Notes under the pieces: model-generated
The model's database searches: none
Seen by the model: the letters and a program-made list of their open reading frames with translations, nothing else
Told to the model about the DNA's origin: nothing
Assembly: GCA_963792965.1 (NCBI GenBank)
Contig: CAWBYW010000018.1
Coordinates: forward strand, 64,001-128,000
Source: an uncultured delta proteobacterium
GTDB taxonomy: Bacteria; Desulfobacterota; Zymogenia; Zymogenales; Zymogenaceae
Length of the DNA: 64,000 bases
Direction of reading: 5' to 3'
Shown: piece after piece, positions 18,998-30,098 of the stretch
Layout: each line of letters opens with the position of its first letter
Position numbering within the stretch: the first letter of the stretch is position 1
Translations under genes and position numbers: made by a program

Positions 18998-20098
18998 TCA
19001 TTTCCCGCGCGTCCGTCCACGTGTGTCCATAAGAAGATCAACGGCCTCGGTCACCCGATCGACCGTGATGCTTTTGAGGCATTTCATCCTGTCGCACCTA
19101 TACAGGGTACAGGGCGAGCAGTCGACCTTCTCAAAGACAACAACCGCGCCCCCCTGCGTTCGATACGGCGCGTACCGATTGGGGTCCTCCGGGCCGAATA
19201 CCGCGATGAGCCGGGGGCGTTCGGCGGCGGCCGCGATGTGCATGGGGCCGGTGTCGTTGGTCGCAATTATAGCACAGCGACGAAATATCTCAAACAAAAC
19301 CCTCGGCGGCACGTCCAGGAAGGCGGCGCCTCCCGCGATCCCTCCGGCCACGGCCGACACGATTCGGCGCTCATCGGACGCGCCGAACACTCCGACCGAG
19401 AGGCCGCAACGCTCCCTGAGATAGTTCCCCACCTCGACAAAGCGCGTATCCTCCCACCTCCTGCTGGGCCTGTAGGCGCCCGGGACCAGCGCGGCGTACC
19501 CGCGAGATCCCGAATCTCTCAGGGTCTCAAGGAGTCTTTCGGCCTCGCGCGCGTCGGCGTCCGTCGTATAGACTCGCATCGGCATAAGTCCCGAGTCAAG
19601 CCCCATCGCGCAAAGGACGGAGAGCTTCCTGTTGACCTCGTGGACGGACGCATCGAGATCCTCGGGCGCCTTCGTGTCCAGCCAGGGGGCCCACCCGTTC
19701 GTATTCCTCCCGGCGCGCCGGCGCGGCCGGATGATATCCAAGAGCATCTTTCTGCGCCGTGCGGCCTGGCTGCTTTCCATCGCCATCAGGTCTACGGCCA
19801 GGTCATAGCGTCTGAACCGCAGCCACATAAGCGTAACAAATGAGAGCATGAGTCGGAAAAGACCGCCGACCCCCCTTTTGCCCGTCAGAAAGGCGACATC
19901 GACGGTATAGATTCTTCTGACGAACGGCGCCTTCTCCACGACGGACGCCGATCGCGCGACCGTCAGGAGGTCGAAGCAACCTCCGTTGACGTGAGGTGCA
20001 AGAGCCTCGAGGGCCGGGGTCGCCATCACCATGTCCCCGATGCCGCCGATGTTCAAGACCAACACCCTCTTCACCTCAATGATCCCCCCTGACCTCAT
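18998..20098 (-). CDS. GT9 (heptosyltransferase-like) glycosyltransferase
   Basis: GGIGDMV.ATP, PGA..SRRW, TNDTGPMHIAAA, FGP, CSPC. Confidence 0.88.
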   Translation of the reverse strand: MRSGGIIEVKRVLVLNIGGIGDMVMATPALEALAPHVNGGCFDLLTVARSASVVEKAPFVRRIYTVDVAFLTGKRGVGGLFRLMLSFVTLMWLRFRRYDLAVDLMAMESSQAARRRKMLLDIIRPRRRAGRNTNGWAPWLDTKAPEDLDASVHEVNRKLSVLCAMGLDSGLMPMRVYTTDADAREAERLLETLRDSGSRGYAALVPGAYRPSRRWEDTRFVEVGNYLRERCGLSVGVFGASDERRIVSAVAGGIAGGAAFLDVPPRVLFEIFRRCAIIATNDTGPMHIAAAAERPRLIAVFGPEDPNRYAPYRTQGGAVVVFEKVDCSPCTLYRCDRMKCLKSITVDRVTEAVDLLMDTRGRTRGK

Positions 20099-21269
20099 CG
20101 ATCACGCCGAGGAGACTTTCGGCCGTCATTTCCCAGCTGAAGTGAGAAAGGATCAGCGCGCGCGCGTTTTTCCCGATCTCGCGAGCCCCCTTCTCGTCGT
20201 CGATAAGGTCCTCTATCGCCCGCGCAAGCTCCTCCGGGGTAGCCTCGGGGAGCCGATAATAGTTCTTTCGGTGCGTCAGCGGCAACCCGAATGCAGATGA
20301 GGTATTGCTGATGACCGCGCCGCCGGCAGACATATATTCGAGGAGCTTCATGCTGGAGCCTTCGGTGGATCCGGCGGACAGGTTGATGAGCAGCGTCGAT
20401 GCCCTGAGATATCGGATAACCTCGCTGTTGGCGACCTCGCCCGTGAAGATGACTCTTTTGGATATGCCGAGCCTTCGCACCTCCGCCTTGCAGCGCCGAA
20501 GGTCGTGGCCGTCCCCCACCATGAGGAAGTCCACGTCGGGGAGTTTCTCGACGACCAAACGCGCCGCATCGATAATGACCGGGGCAAGCGAGTGTGGATG
20601 AAACGTGCCGACAAATGTGACGTACCGTCTCGTGGGATCAAGGCTCAGTCCCTCGGCTCGCCAACTTTCGATCACCGGGCGAGAAGAGGCCCGTGTCCAC
20701 GCCATTGGGCACGAAACGAATCTTTTTCTCCTCGATGTCGTACCGCTCCCGAAAGAGCGCCAGGTAATTCTTCCCGGCAAATATCAGGCGATCGGCAAGC
20801 TTGAAGTTTATCCGTTGAAAGAGCCTGAAGATCGAGAGTTTCATCCGGGAACTTCCGATCATCGCAAGGTCCCCAGGCAGAAAACCGTTCACCTCGACGA
20901 TGACGGGCGCCCCGAGGAGCCGGGCGGCGTATATTGTCGGGGCCATGAGCCCCATCTCCCGACAGTAGACCGCGGACGGCCTCTGTTTCAGACCACGCAA
21001 AAGGATGAAGATGGGGAGGATCATGAGATAGAGGTACTCCCTGACAAATCTCACGCGCACGGTCGGCACGTAGACCACGTCGCAGACCGGGGGTATTGAA
21101 AAGGGCCATATCCTCGGCGCAAAGAGGGTCACGCCCGTCCCGAGCTTCTCCCAATTGTTGACCACCTCGCGGATGTGGACGGTCCAGGCCGCCTCGCGCG
21201 TGAGGTCCTCAAAGCAGGCGTAAAAGAGACGCCGGGGGCCGGACGTCGCTCTTTTCCTTTGCGGATCAC
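20076..21269 (-). CDS. GT4 glycosyltransferase (apparent frameshifts at ~20658 and near the start)
   Basis: VEVNG, VPNGVD in one frame; VGDG, MKLLEYMSAG in another. Confidence 0.75.
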
Positions 21270-22449
21270 CTCCCCCCCTCCCCGGAACAGGAGCGGAAGA
21301 GCTCCCTCAGCCGCCTTGCCACGTCGTGAATCTCGAATTCCCTGATCACCTTTTCCCTCCCCTCGCGCGAGAGCCTCCTCCTCAAATCATCGTCGGTCAC
21401 AAGCCGCCTGATCGCCCCGGCCAGCGACGCGGCGTCTTTCTGTTCCACGAGGATCCCGGTTCTGTTGTCCTCGATGAGCTCCGGTATCCCCGACAACCTC
21501 GTGGATACCACCGGAACCCCGCACGCCATCGCCTCCATGAGAGAAACCGGTATCCCGTCGTGGTGCCCGTCGCGCGCCGTCACACAGGGAAGCACAAAGA
21601 GATCGGCCTCGTGGTAGTAACGGACGATCTCGCTGTTTTTCACGGTCCCCGCAAACGTGACGGGGACGCCGAGTCTTACCGATTCGGCGGTGAGCTCCCC
21701 CCTCAGGGGGCCGTCGCCGACGATGATCGATCTCAGGTCCATAGCCTTGAGGGCGGGATCAGAGAGGGCGGCCAGGAGGTAGGGTATCCCCTTGGGCTCG
21801 ACGAGGTTCGCCACCGTCAGTATCGTCTTTCGCGTCTCGCCCTCTTCTTCTTTTCGATTCGGGAGGAACAAAACGAGCGGGTGTCGACGCCGCAGTGGAT
21901 CACGTGAAATTTCGATTCGTCGACCCCGGTCGTCTTGACGAGGAAGCGCCGGTTATATTCCGAGATGGAGCGGACGAAGGCGGCCTGTCGGCACTTCTCC
22001 GTCAGAAACGCACGGTCGACCGGCTCCTTGAAGATATCATAGGCGTGGGCGGTAAAGCCGTAGGGGATGCCGGTAAGCAAGGATACCGCCCACGCGACGG
22101 CCGCGGGCGTCGTCGCGAAGTGGGCGTGGAGTATCGAAGGGTTTTCTCTCTCTAAGCGGCGCGCCGTCGAGAGGGCGGCAAGGGCGATCTTCCATCCCGC
22201 ACGCGGCACGAGCGCCGTGAGAACCCGCCCCGCCTTTAGCGGGTGCCTGCAGCCGCTCAGGATAGATCCCCATAGGTCCGCTCTAAGGGACCTCCGGCGG
22301 TACCCGGGCTCGGCCTCGAACTCGTGGTAGACCGCGGGGTTGGTCGGATGAATATCGATATCCACGCCGAGGCGGCCAAGCTCGGCAAGCTCATAGGCGA
22401 GCCACCCGCCGATCATCCTCTCCAGAATATAGGCGACCTTCATCGACAC
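21266..22449 (-). CDS. GT4 glycosyltransferase, WcaL-like (apparent frameshift at ~21865)
   Basis: HAHFA, FTAHAYDIF, HCGVD; then KGIPYL, DGIPVSLMEAMACG. Confidence 0.82.
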
Positions 22450-23719
22450 CTATCCTCCCGCCACCTCGTTGAACACCTGTGAGAGTCTCTCGGTAAGCTT
22501 CCTGCGCTCAAAGTCGTGGACTAAGCGCTCGTCGATAACGGGCCGATCCCGCTTTACCAGCACCGCGATCGCACGAGCGAGCTTCTCCGACAGCGGCTCC
22601 GCCCCGTCCTGACCCACCACAATCCCCGCGCGGGCCGACCGGACGAGCCGGGCCGTCTCACCCTCCGGGACCACCGCCAGGATCGGTCTCTTCGCGGCAA
22701 GGTACTCGAACAGCTTGCCGGGGACGTGATAGGCTATCTCGTTCTTGAGCGGAAGGGCAATCAGGTTGATGTCGGACTCCATCACGGCGTGACGTTGCCT
22801 CCCGGTGGCTCACGTATCCGTCGAAGATAGTATTATCGGGAAGTATCTCACGGATCCCCTCCTCGATCGCCTTGTCCATGACGCCGACGAATCTCACGAC
22901 GAGGCGTCTGGCGAGGGCGGGGTCCTTCTTGAGCGCCTCGGCCAGCGCCAGGAAGAAGGTCCTCGGAAAGTAGGTCCCGTAAAAGGACCCGGAGTGGGTG
23001 ATGACAATCCGGTCGCCGCGGCCCCTTTTCCTCTCCGGAGGATGCTCGAAATCGTGGGCGTCAAACCCGTTGTAGATCGTCACCAGACGATCCGGGTCGA
23101 TGCCGAAGCCGGATATGTAGCGCTTCCGCGCCGTTTCGGTGATGCAGATTACCCGGTCGGCGCGGCTGAGGATTCTCTCTTCGCACCTCCTGTGCGCCCT
23201 CCTTACCCACGACGTCGCCGGATCGTACCGGAAATCCCCCGTCCAAGGATCCCGAAAATCGGCGACCCAGGGGAGCCCGGTCAGCCTTTTCAACACGAGG
23301 CCGGCGACATGGGCGCTGTGGGGGGGAGAAGTGGAATAGATGAGGGAGATCCCCTCCCGCCTGAGCATCGGCAGCGCCGAAAGGACGGCCGAAAGGGCCC
23401 AGAAGATCCGGTCATCGGGCAGGAAGACGTTGTCCAGTACCCTGTGGGCCGCCTTTTCGGAGGCGATCCGTGAAAGAAGCGTATAGAAGAGGCCCGGCCT
23501 CCTGGGGGAAAGCCTCCGGATGACGGTTCCGTGCGGGATCTCCGCGACGAGCGTCTCGTCACGGGCCCAATACGACCGGTCGTCGGCCGCCAAGACCACG
23601 GGCCGCCAGCCGAAATCCGGAAGGTATTTAACGAACTTCGTCGTCCTTTGAACGCCGCCGCCGCCCATGGGGGGAAAATTATAGGCGACAAAAAGGACCT
23701 TCCGTGAGGGGGGTTTCAT
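22450..23719 (-). CDS. GT4 glycosyltransferase (apparent frameshift at ~22790)
   Basis: YNFPPMGGGGVQR, TSPPHS, ADFRDPW, YNGFD; then PGKLFEYLAAKRPIL. Confidence 0.85.
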
Positions 23720-23766
23720 TGCTTCTGCTGTATCTCACCCAAAGCACGCACAAATGACTGCCGTGC

Positions 23767-25044
23767 CTATTGTAGACAGACCTTATTCACAAAGCGTATC
23801 ACCTTCACCACCCCATAGAGCGTTACGCCGGAGAGGATGCAGAAGATGATCTCCATAAAGAAGCGATATCTCGGATGCCCGATGAAAAGTATCACGTAGC
23901 CGAACCAGTTGGTGAAGACAAAGAGATAAAGAGAGACCCATGACCTGGCCGGGAGGGCCCGGTAAAAGACGATGGAGAGGACAGATCCGATCAGGAACAG
24001 CAGGTAGAGCCGGTTAAGCCAGGCCAAGATGACGGTGGACGCGTCGGTCTGATCCTCTTCATCATCGGAAGACGGCTGCGTCGACGGTCTGCTCATATGG
24101 ATCGGGTAGGCCGACCAGTCGAAAAGGTTTTTGGTCCCGTTCACGACGCTGTTGAGGAGCGCCCGTGCAGGGTCCTTCTTGATATATTCGATGCCAAGCG
24201 CATAGCCAAGTGTGCCGGCCGCCTTCATATCCAGTCCCTCGAACACGGTTCCCTGGTCCTGGCGCCAGCCATAAAATGAGTCGTTGTGCCCGTAGTAGAA
24301 ATTAATGCCGGCAAGCGGCGAGAGCCCCGTCCCCGGCCCAGCGACGGAGCGGTTGCGCAGATACCATGGGGTTATCACCGCAACGCAGCAGATGACAAAG
24401 ACGAGACCCCAGGCAAGCGCATGACGGAGACTGTCCTCCCGCCACATGAAGATAAGGATAAGAAAGACCGGAATGTAAAAGAGCCCCTCCCCCCTCGTCA
24501 GCACGGACAGCCCCATCAGGACGCCGATAACAGGAAAACGTATGATCGGCCTGTTGACTCGGTAGAGGAACAGAATGAGGGCCGTCAGCACGAAAAAGGA
24601 AAAAAGAAACTCGGAGGCCAATACCGGCGGGAGAAAGAGGAGCGTGATATTGAACAGGCCCACCGAGGCGGCGATGCCGGCGATGAGCCTGTTGCCCACC
24701 GAGAGTCTGAAAGCGATTAGATATATCTGAACGATACACAGGGAGGATAACAGCACGTTCCAGAAGCCGAGCCATATGAGGTTCCTGCTGACCAGCATGA
24801 GCAGCGCGAGAAACGCGGGATATACCGGGAGCCGCCAGTAGTTGGGCTCCGGAAGCCCGAAGGCGAGGTGCTCACGGATATTCTGGCCGAGGGCGAAATA
24901 TTCAAGGAAGTCCGAAACGGGGACCGTCTGGGCGTAGAAAAGCCATATCAGCCGAAGCGCGAGCCCGACCAGGAAAAGAGAAAGGATGGTCCATCGATTC
25001 TGTACGATGACGTCGGTTATACTGAATTGACCCGGATCTTTCAT
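23767..25044 (-). CDS. ArnT/PMT-like (GT-C) polytopic membrane glycosyltransferase
   Basis: ~10 TM segments; SD..EY, RLPVYPAFLA, SE, LTRGE, PWYLRN, PRYR. Confidence 0.75.
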   Translation of the reverse strand: MKDPGQFSITDVIVQNRWTILSLFLVGLALRLIWLFYAQTVPVSDFLEYFALGQNIREHLAFGLPEPNYWRLPVYPAFLALLMLVSRNLIWLGFWNVLLSSLCIVQIYLIAFRLSVGNRLIAGIAASVGLFNITLLFLPPVLASEFLFSFFVLTALILFLYRVNRPIIRFPVIGVLMGLSVLTRGEGLFYIPVFLILIFMWREDSLRHALAWGLVFVICCVAVITPWYLRNRSVAGPGTGLSPLAGINFYYGHNDSFYGWRQDQGTVFEGLDMKAAGTLGYALGIEYIKKDPARALLNSVVNGTKNLFDWSAYPIHMSRPSTQPSSDDEEDQTDASTVILAWLNRLYLLFLIGSVLSIVFYRALPARSWVSLYLFVFTNWFGYVILFIGHPRYRFFMEIIFCILSGVTLYGVVKVIRFVNKVCLQ

Positions 25045-25292
25045 TGAGAGACTCCTCCGAGCGCTGCCTCAGGAATAGTTGCCGATTACTATCGCATCTG
25101 ATACCAACAGGTACGTACTTCTGGACTCCGTACGCGACTAATCCTCGTCGCCCGCACTTTACGGGGGGGACGTTTCGAGCCGCCGATGCAATTACCTTGA
25201 ATTATAGCAAATATATTGCCATAATAGGCCGCAAAAAGCAAAGTTTTATTGGATAGTCGCGTTCATGGCCGTTTTCTCGATTATGGGTCCCC

Positions 25293-26396
25293 ATGGAAGA
25301 AGTGCGGATCGGCGTAATCTCGAATAAAGAGGGCTTTGCCGAGCTCAAACAAGCGTGGCGTAACCTCGCGAAAGAGAGCGGTGCTTCCGTCTTTTCCTCT
25401 TGGGAGTGGCTCTTTACCTGGTGGGAATATTACGGAAAAAGCGATCGGCTCTTCATCATCGCGCTCTACGTAAAAGAGACGCTTATCGCGCTCTTTCCGC
25501 ACCTGATATCCAAAAGGAAGCTTCTCTTCGGTGGCGCTGTTAACGTAATTCGAATAATCGGCTCCGACCACGTCTCGTCGGACTACCTCGACTTCATAAT
25601 CGACCCCCATCATACGGATGCCGCCCTCAACGCATGGATGGACTATCTCACGACCCCCGGCCGGGAGTGGGCCCTCATGGAGATCACCGGCATCACCAGC
25701 GAAACGGAGGTGTATGACAAAATCCGCGATGCGTCTCGGCACAGCGGCCTCATCGTCCATCAGGAGATGCGGGAGGTATGCCCGTTTTGTGCGATCGATC
25801 CCGACGGGTACGCCGACAGGATCAGGCACTCACGGACGCTCCGCCGGGTTCTTGAGTACGCCCGCGCCCTGCAAAGGCAACACGGCTACCGATTCGGAAC
25901 CGGGCTCATCGGCGGCGATTTCGAGAAGACCTTCGACACCTTCCTGGCGCTTCACGACGAACGAAGCACGCAAAAGGAAAGGAGGACAAAATTCGGCCGG
26001 GCGGCTTTTCGGGGCTTTCTCCGGGACGCCGCGCGCAGGTTCTCCGACTCCGGGAACCTTCTCTTCACCTGGATTGCCGTCGGGGACGATATCGTGGCGA
26101 TTCATCTGAATTTCGTCGCGGGGAGCAGGCTCTATTTCTATAACTCGGGCATCAGCACACGCTGGGAGAAATACCGGCCGGGGTTGATCCTTTTTCACCA
26201 TGAGATGGAATCCGCGCCCACGCTCGGGATTACCAAATATCTCTTCCTGCGGGGGACAGAGAGCTATAAATATCTCTGGGCGACAGCTGACCATCACCTC
26301 ACGGCAATCGACCTGACAAGGCGCGGCGCCTCGCGGCTCGCGCTGTCGGCCGATCTCCGGCTGAGGAGCCTTCTCGGGAGGATCCGCCATGCATAG
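25293..26396 (+). CDS. CelD/BcsL-like GNAT acyltransferase
   Basis: FSSWEWL.TWW, SDYLD, YNSG, RPG, FLRG.ESYK. Confidence 0.85.
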   Translation: MEEVRIGVISNKEGFAELKQAWRNLAKESGASVFSSWEWLFTWWEYYGKSDRLFIIALYVKETLIALFPHLISKRKLLFGGAVNVIRIIGSDHVSSDYLDFIIDPHHTDAALNAWMDYLTTPGREWALMEITGITSETEVYDKIRDASRHSGLIVHQEMREVCPFCAIDPDGYADRIRHSRTLRRVLEYARALQRQHGYRFGTGLIGGDFEKTFDTFLALHDERSTQKERRTKFGRAAFRGFLRDAARRFSDSGNLLFTWIAVGDDIVAIHLNFVAGSRLYFYNSGISTRWEKYRPGLILFHHEMESAPTLGITKYLFLRGTESYKYLWATADHHLTAIDLTRRGASRLALSADLRLRSLLGRIRHA

Positions 26397-27606
26397 CGGC
26401 GTTAGGCTCGTGGACTTCCCCTATCCGTATCGGGCCATGCTCGCCCTTGGCAGCGACATCGACGCCACGTCGTGGGACGATTTTTGCGCCATACACGACG
26501 AGCTGGGGCGCCTCGGCCTCCCGTTGGCCGACTCGATGTTCGCCTACCAGATGCCCGGGGCCCAGGAGTATACCTTTTCATACCTGAGCTACCCGTCGCT
26601 TTCTCCCACGCCGCACGCAGGACCCCTCAGGGAGATGATACGAAAAGGGGAGATCGACACGCTCCATGCCCTCGGCAACCACTCGGGAGTTGGAGGCGTC
26701 GACCGTGTGACGATCCGCACGGCGGCGCGCCTCCTGATGGAGGACGGGCTGCACTTCCCGATCTGGACCAACCACGGGGACGATAAGAATCTTCAGAATA
26801 TCCGCGCCGGCTCGGGTGACGACTCCGGCTCCGCCGCCTATATCGCCGACCTCCTTCCGGGGCTCGGCGTCACCTTCCTCTGGCTCGGCGACCTTACGCC
26901 TTTCGTGGGTCAGAACAGAAGGCTGGGCCTCTGGGACACCTATCTAAATAAGCGGCTTCACCCCTCGGTCTTCTCACGAATGACCGGCCCTATAAGATAC
27001 CTCGCCAAATGGATCATCACGCGCGCCGATCCGCTCGATCAGTCGGTCAACAACCTGATCTACCCGGTCTTGCTTGCCGACGGTCGGCCCTACTGGGCAT
27101 TCCGACGCTTCGGGACGTGGGACGGGGCACACCGCGACGACCTCGGCCTGATCCTCTCTGAAGATCATCTCGAAAGGCTGTGCAAAACGGGAGGATACAT
27201 GATAGTCTATATTCACCTCGGGAAGAAGAGGCGCACGGGACGACCTCTCTTTACGGAAGGAGAAAAGGCAGCGCTTGAAAGGCTCGCCCGATATTTTCAA
27301 GATAAGAAGATCCTCGTCACCACCACCGCACGGCTCCTCTCCTATCACCTCGTCCGGCGGGGCCTCTCCTTTTCGGTGAGGACCCACGATAATCAGCGGA
27401 CGATAGTGCTTACCGGCATCCGGGACGAGGTCAACGGCGACAGGATCGCCGAACCGGGCCATCTGGCGGGGATTACCTTTTTTACCCCGCACGCGTCCCG
27501 CACCGTCATCAAAACGGAAGAAACGCACGTCGTGCATACCGTCTTTGAGAAAGACAAAAGGGACGCGGGATTTATAGGCGTGCCCTGGGAGGGCATTGAT
27601 GAGTGA
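26389..27606 (+). CDS. Uncharacterised protein, possible polysaccharide-deacetylase fold
   Basis: FPYPYRAMLALGSDID, DTLH, WTNHGD, YIHLG: Asp/His pattern like NodB-type metal ligands. Confidence 0.55.
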   Translation: MHSGVRLVDFPYPYRAMLALGSDIDATSWDDFCAIHDELGRLGLPLADSMFAYQMPGAQEYTFSYLSYPSLSPTPHAGPLREMIRKGEIDTLHALGNHSGVGGVDRVTIRTAARLLMEDGLHFPIWTNHGDDKNLQNIRAGSGDDSGSAAYIADLLPGLGVTFLWLGDLTPFVGQNRRLGLWDTYLNKRLHPSVFSRMTGPIRYLAKWIITRADPLDQSVNNLIYPVLLADGRPYWAFRRFGTWDGAHRDDLGLILSEDHLERLCKTGGYMIVYIHLGKKRRTGRPLFTEGEKAALERLARYFQDKKILVTTTARLLSYHLVRRGLSFSVRTHDNQRTIVLTGIRDEVNGDRIAEPGHLAGITFFTPHASRTVIKTEETHVVHTVFEKDKRDAGFIGVPWEGIDE

Positions 27607-28396
27607 GAAGAGAAAGGCGGCCGACGGCCCGCACGGTATCGTCAAAGACTACTGGCAGAAGCGATACGAGCGGAAATTTTCCATCGGGTCCAGCGGCCAC
27701 ATCTCCTTTAACGAGAAATATAATTCCTACGTCTACCGGGCCTACGAGCGGGCGCTCCGCACAGCCCTTACCCGATACGGCGGCGCCCGGCCCGGGCGCG
27801 TCTTCGACGTCGGCTCCGGAACCGGCTACTGGGTGGCGTTCTACGAAAAACTGGGGGCGTCCGAAATCTTCGGGGTCGACCTTACCGAAATCAGCGTCGA
27901 GCGCCTCAGGAAGCTCTATCCGCGTCACACCTTCGCGCTTGCCGACATCGGCTCGGCGGGCTTCGTCCCGGACGACCGCTACGACATCGTCAATTGTTTT
28001 GACGTCCTCTACTATATCATCGACGAAAGCGCCTTCAGGACGGCCCTTTCAAACCTGTCACGGGCGCTGACGGAAGACGGTATCATGTTCATTACCGACA
28101 AATTCGTGGACGAAAAGCCGACGCGCCCCCCGTTCTACTTTCTCTTTCGGGATACGACACGATATCAGGAGGCGTTGCGTGATGCGGGCCTCGTCTGCGT
28201 CGACATCATACCCGTGAACTATCTCCTTAAAAAACCGATACCGTTTCCGGCCGCCTACTCCTTCGTGAAATGGCAGCTCTCTAAGCTCCATGTAGACCTC
28301 GAGGGGCTCATAGGGGCGCTCCTCTATCGTATCGATCCGCTCTTTATGGACCCTCATACGTCGGAGATCAAGTTGATGGTGGTGCGCCACCGGTGA
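27599..28396 (+). CDS. Class I SAM-dependent methyltransferase
   Basis: VFDVGSGTG, GVDL, ADI, YDIV.CFDVLY. Confidence 0.85.
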   Translation: MSEKRKAADGPHGIVKDYWQKRYERKFSIGSSGHISFNEKYNSYVYRAYERALRTALTRYGGARPGRVFDVGSGTGYWVAFYEKLGASEIFGVDLTEISVERLRKLYPRHTFALADIGSAGFVPDDRYDIVNCFDVLYYIIDESAFRTALSNLSRALTEDGIMFITDKFVDEKPTRPPFYFLFRDTTRYQEALRDAGLVCVDIIPVNYLLKKPIPFPAAYSFVKWQLSKLHVDLEGLIGALLYRIDPLFMDPHTSEIKLMVVRHR

Positions 28397-28463
28397 CCGG
28401 GACCGCGGACACCGGACCGGCCCATCTCTTTCGGGATGAGTGCCCAAACGGGGTTATGAGCAG

Positions 28464-29987
28464 ATGACCGAACGACACGTCCCCATGGACCGTGAGCTTT
28501 CAGGAAAGATGGCCCATTCCCTGTTCTGGGTGGGGATCAGCTCCCTCTTTTCGCGGTCGTTCACGATGCTGACCACGCTGGTCCTGGCGGGGATCCTCTC
28601 CCCGGACGCCTTTGGGGTCATCTCCTTGGCAAACCTCATCACGGCGGCGCTCGGGCTCTTCCGCGACTTCGGGTTGAGCCAGGCCATCATCTATCAGAAA
28701 AAGAAGGTCGGCCAGGCGGCCGACACCGCCATGCTCCTCTCGGTGTCGGTGAGCGTAGTCTTGTTCCTGATCGGGTTTCTGATCGCGAAACCCGCGGCCG
28801 ATTTCTTTCGCAACCCGGCGGTCGAAGACGTGGTGCGGGTGCTCCCCTTTTCGCTGGTCATCACCGCTTTTTCGACGATCCCCGCGTCCTTGCTCGAAAA
28901 GGAGATGGTTTTCAAGAGACGGGCGCTGCCGGAGATCCTCTCGTTTGCCACCTACTTTGTCGTCTCCGTGACCCTGGCCCGGCTCGGATTCTCATACTGG
29001 AGCATCATCTTCGGATATATGGCCCTCTGTATTGTCGGCCTCGTGGCCACGTTCGCCGTTTCCCCGTGGCACCCCTCGCTCAGATTTCACCTCTCCGTCC
29101 TGCGGGAGATGGTCGGGTTCGGCTCATATGCCATGTTCAGCACGATCACGGTCTTCATCATCCGCAATGTCGACAGCTTCAGCGTCGGGCGTATCCTCGG
29201 CACGACACCGCTCGGGTTCTATGACCTTGCCTACCGCATCGGCAATGTCACGACTACGCAGATCACCCACGTGGTCGGCAAGGTGGCCTTCCCCGCGTAT
29301 GTGAAGATGGGCCGGGATATCGAGATTGTTCGTGGCGCCTACCTCAAGGCCTACCGGTGGCTCTCGCTTGTGACGATTCCGGTCACGTGCGGGATCATCA
29401 CCTTTGTCCCCTCTTTTCTCCACGTCTTTTACGGCAACAAATGGGACGAGGCGATCGTTGCCGCGCAGGTTATCGCGCTCTACGGCCTCACCCGGGGGCT
29501 CTTCTCCCACGCGGGCGGGGTCTTCATGTCGTTCGGCAGGGTCAACGAGCTCTTCCTGATCACCCTCGGGCAGCTTGTCGTCCTGGCTGTCGCCATCTAT
29601 CCCGTCGTCGCTCATTTTCAGCTCGTCGGGCTTGCCGCGCTGCTGGCTGTCCTCAATTTCTTCACGGTTATCGTTGCCGCCGTGCGAATCAATATCTTCC
29701 TCCCGCGGACCATCGGTCGGTATCTCACAATTTCATTCCCCCACCTTGTCGTGGCTCTGGTGACAATTCCCCTTCCGGCCCTGCTCTGGTCCCGGTTTGT
29801 GGGCGATATCGGTCTCCTTTCGCTCATTGGGCTGATTGTCTGTTGTAGTGTTCTCTACGCGGCCGTGACGATCAACAGGGAACGGGGAATAATCGGAGAA
29901 ATAAAGGGGTGGCTCTCGGCGCTGAGAAGCTCCGGCGGCGGACCGGCAATGCCCGGAGGGGACGGCGACTATCTGCGCGACCGATGA
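28464..29987 (+). CDS. wzx: Wzx/WzxC-type polysaccharide flippase
   Basis: LAGILSPDAFG, DFGLSQAII, LGFYDLAY, KVAFPAY; ~13 TM. Confidence 0.88.
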   Translation: MTERHVPMDRELSGKMAHSLFWVGISSLFSRSFTMLTTLVLAGILSPDAFGVISLANLITAALGLFRDFGLSQAIIYQKKKVGQAADTAMLLSVSVSVVLFLIGFLIAKPAADFFRNPAVEDVVRVLPFSLVITAFSTIPASLLEKEMVFKRRALPEILSFATYFVVSVTLARLGFSYWSIIFGYMALCIVGLVATFAVSPWHPSLRFHLSVLREMVGFGSYAMFSTITVFIIRNVDSFSVGRILGTTPLGFYDLAYRIGNVTTTQITHVVGKVAFPAYVKMGRDIEIVRGAYLKAYRWLSLVTIPVTCGIITFVPSFLHVFYGNKWDEAIVAAQVIALYGLTRGLFSHAGGVFMSFGRVNELFLITLGQLVVLAVAIYPVVAHFQLVGLAALLAVLNFFTVIVAAVRINIFLPRTIGRYLTISFPHLVVALVTIPLPALLWSRFVGDIGLLSLIGLIVCCSVLYAAVTINRERGIIGEIKGWLSALRSSGGGPAMPGGDGDYLRDR

Positions 29988-30098
29988 CTCGGACGCCATG
30001 GAATCCCGGCCTCAGGTCCCGCCGGCTTATTGACCTTTCATCGTTTTTCGTATAGAATCGCGGACGTAGGCTCTCAGAGCCGACCCGAGGAATCGACC

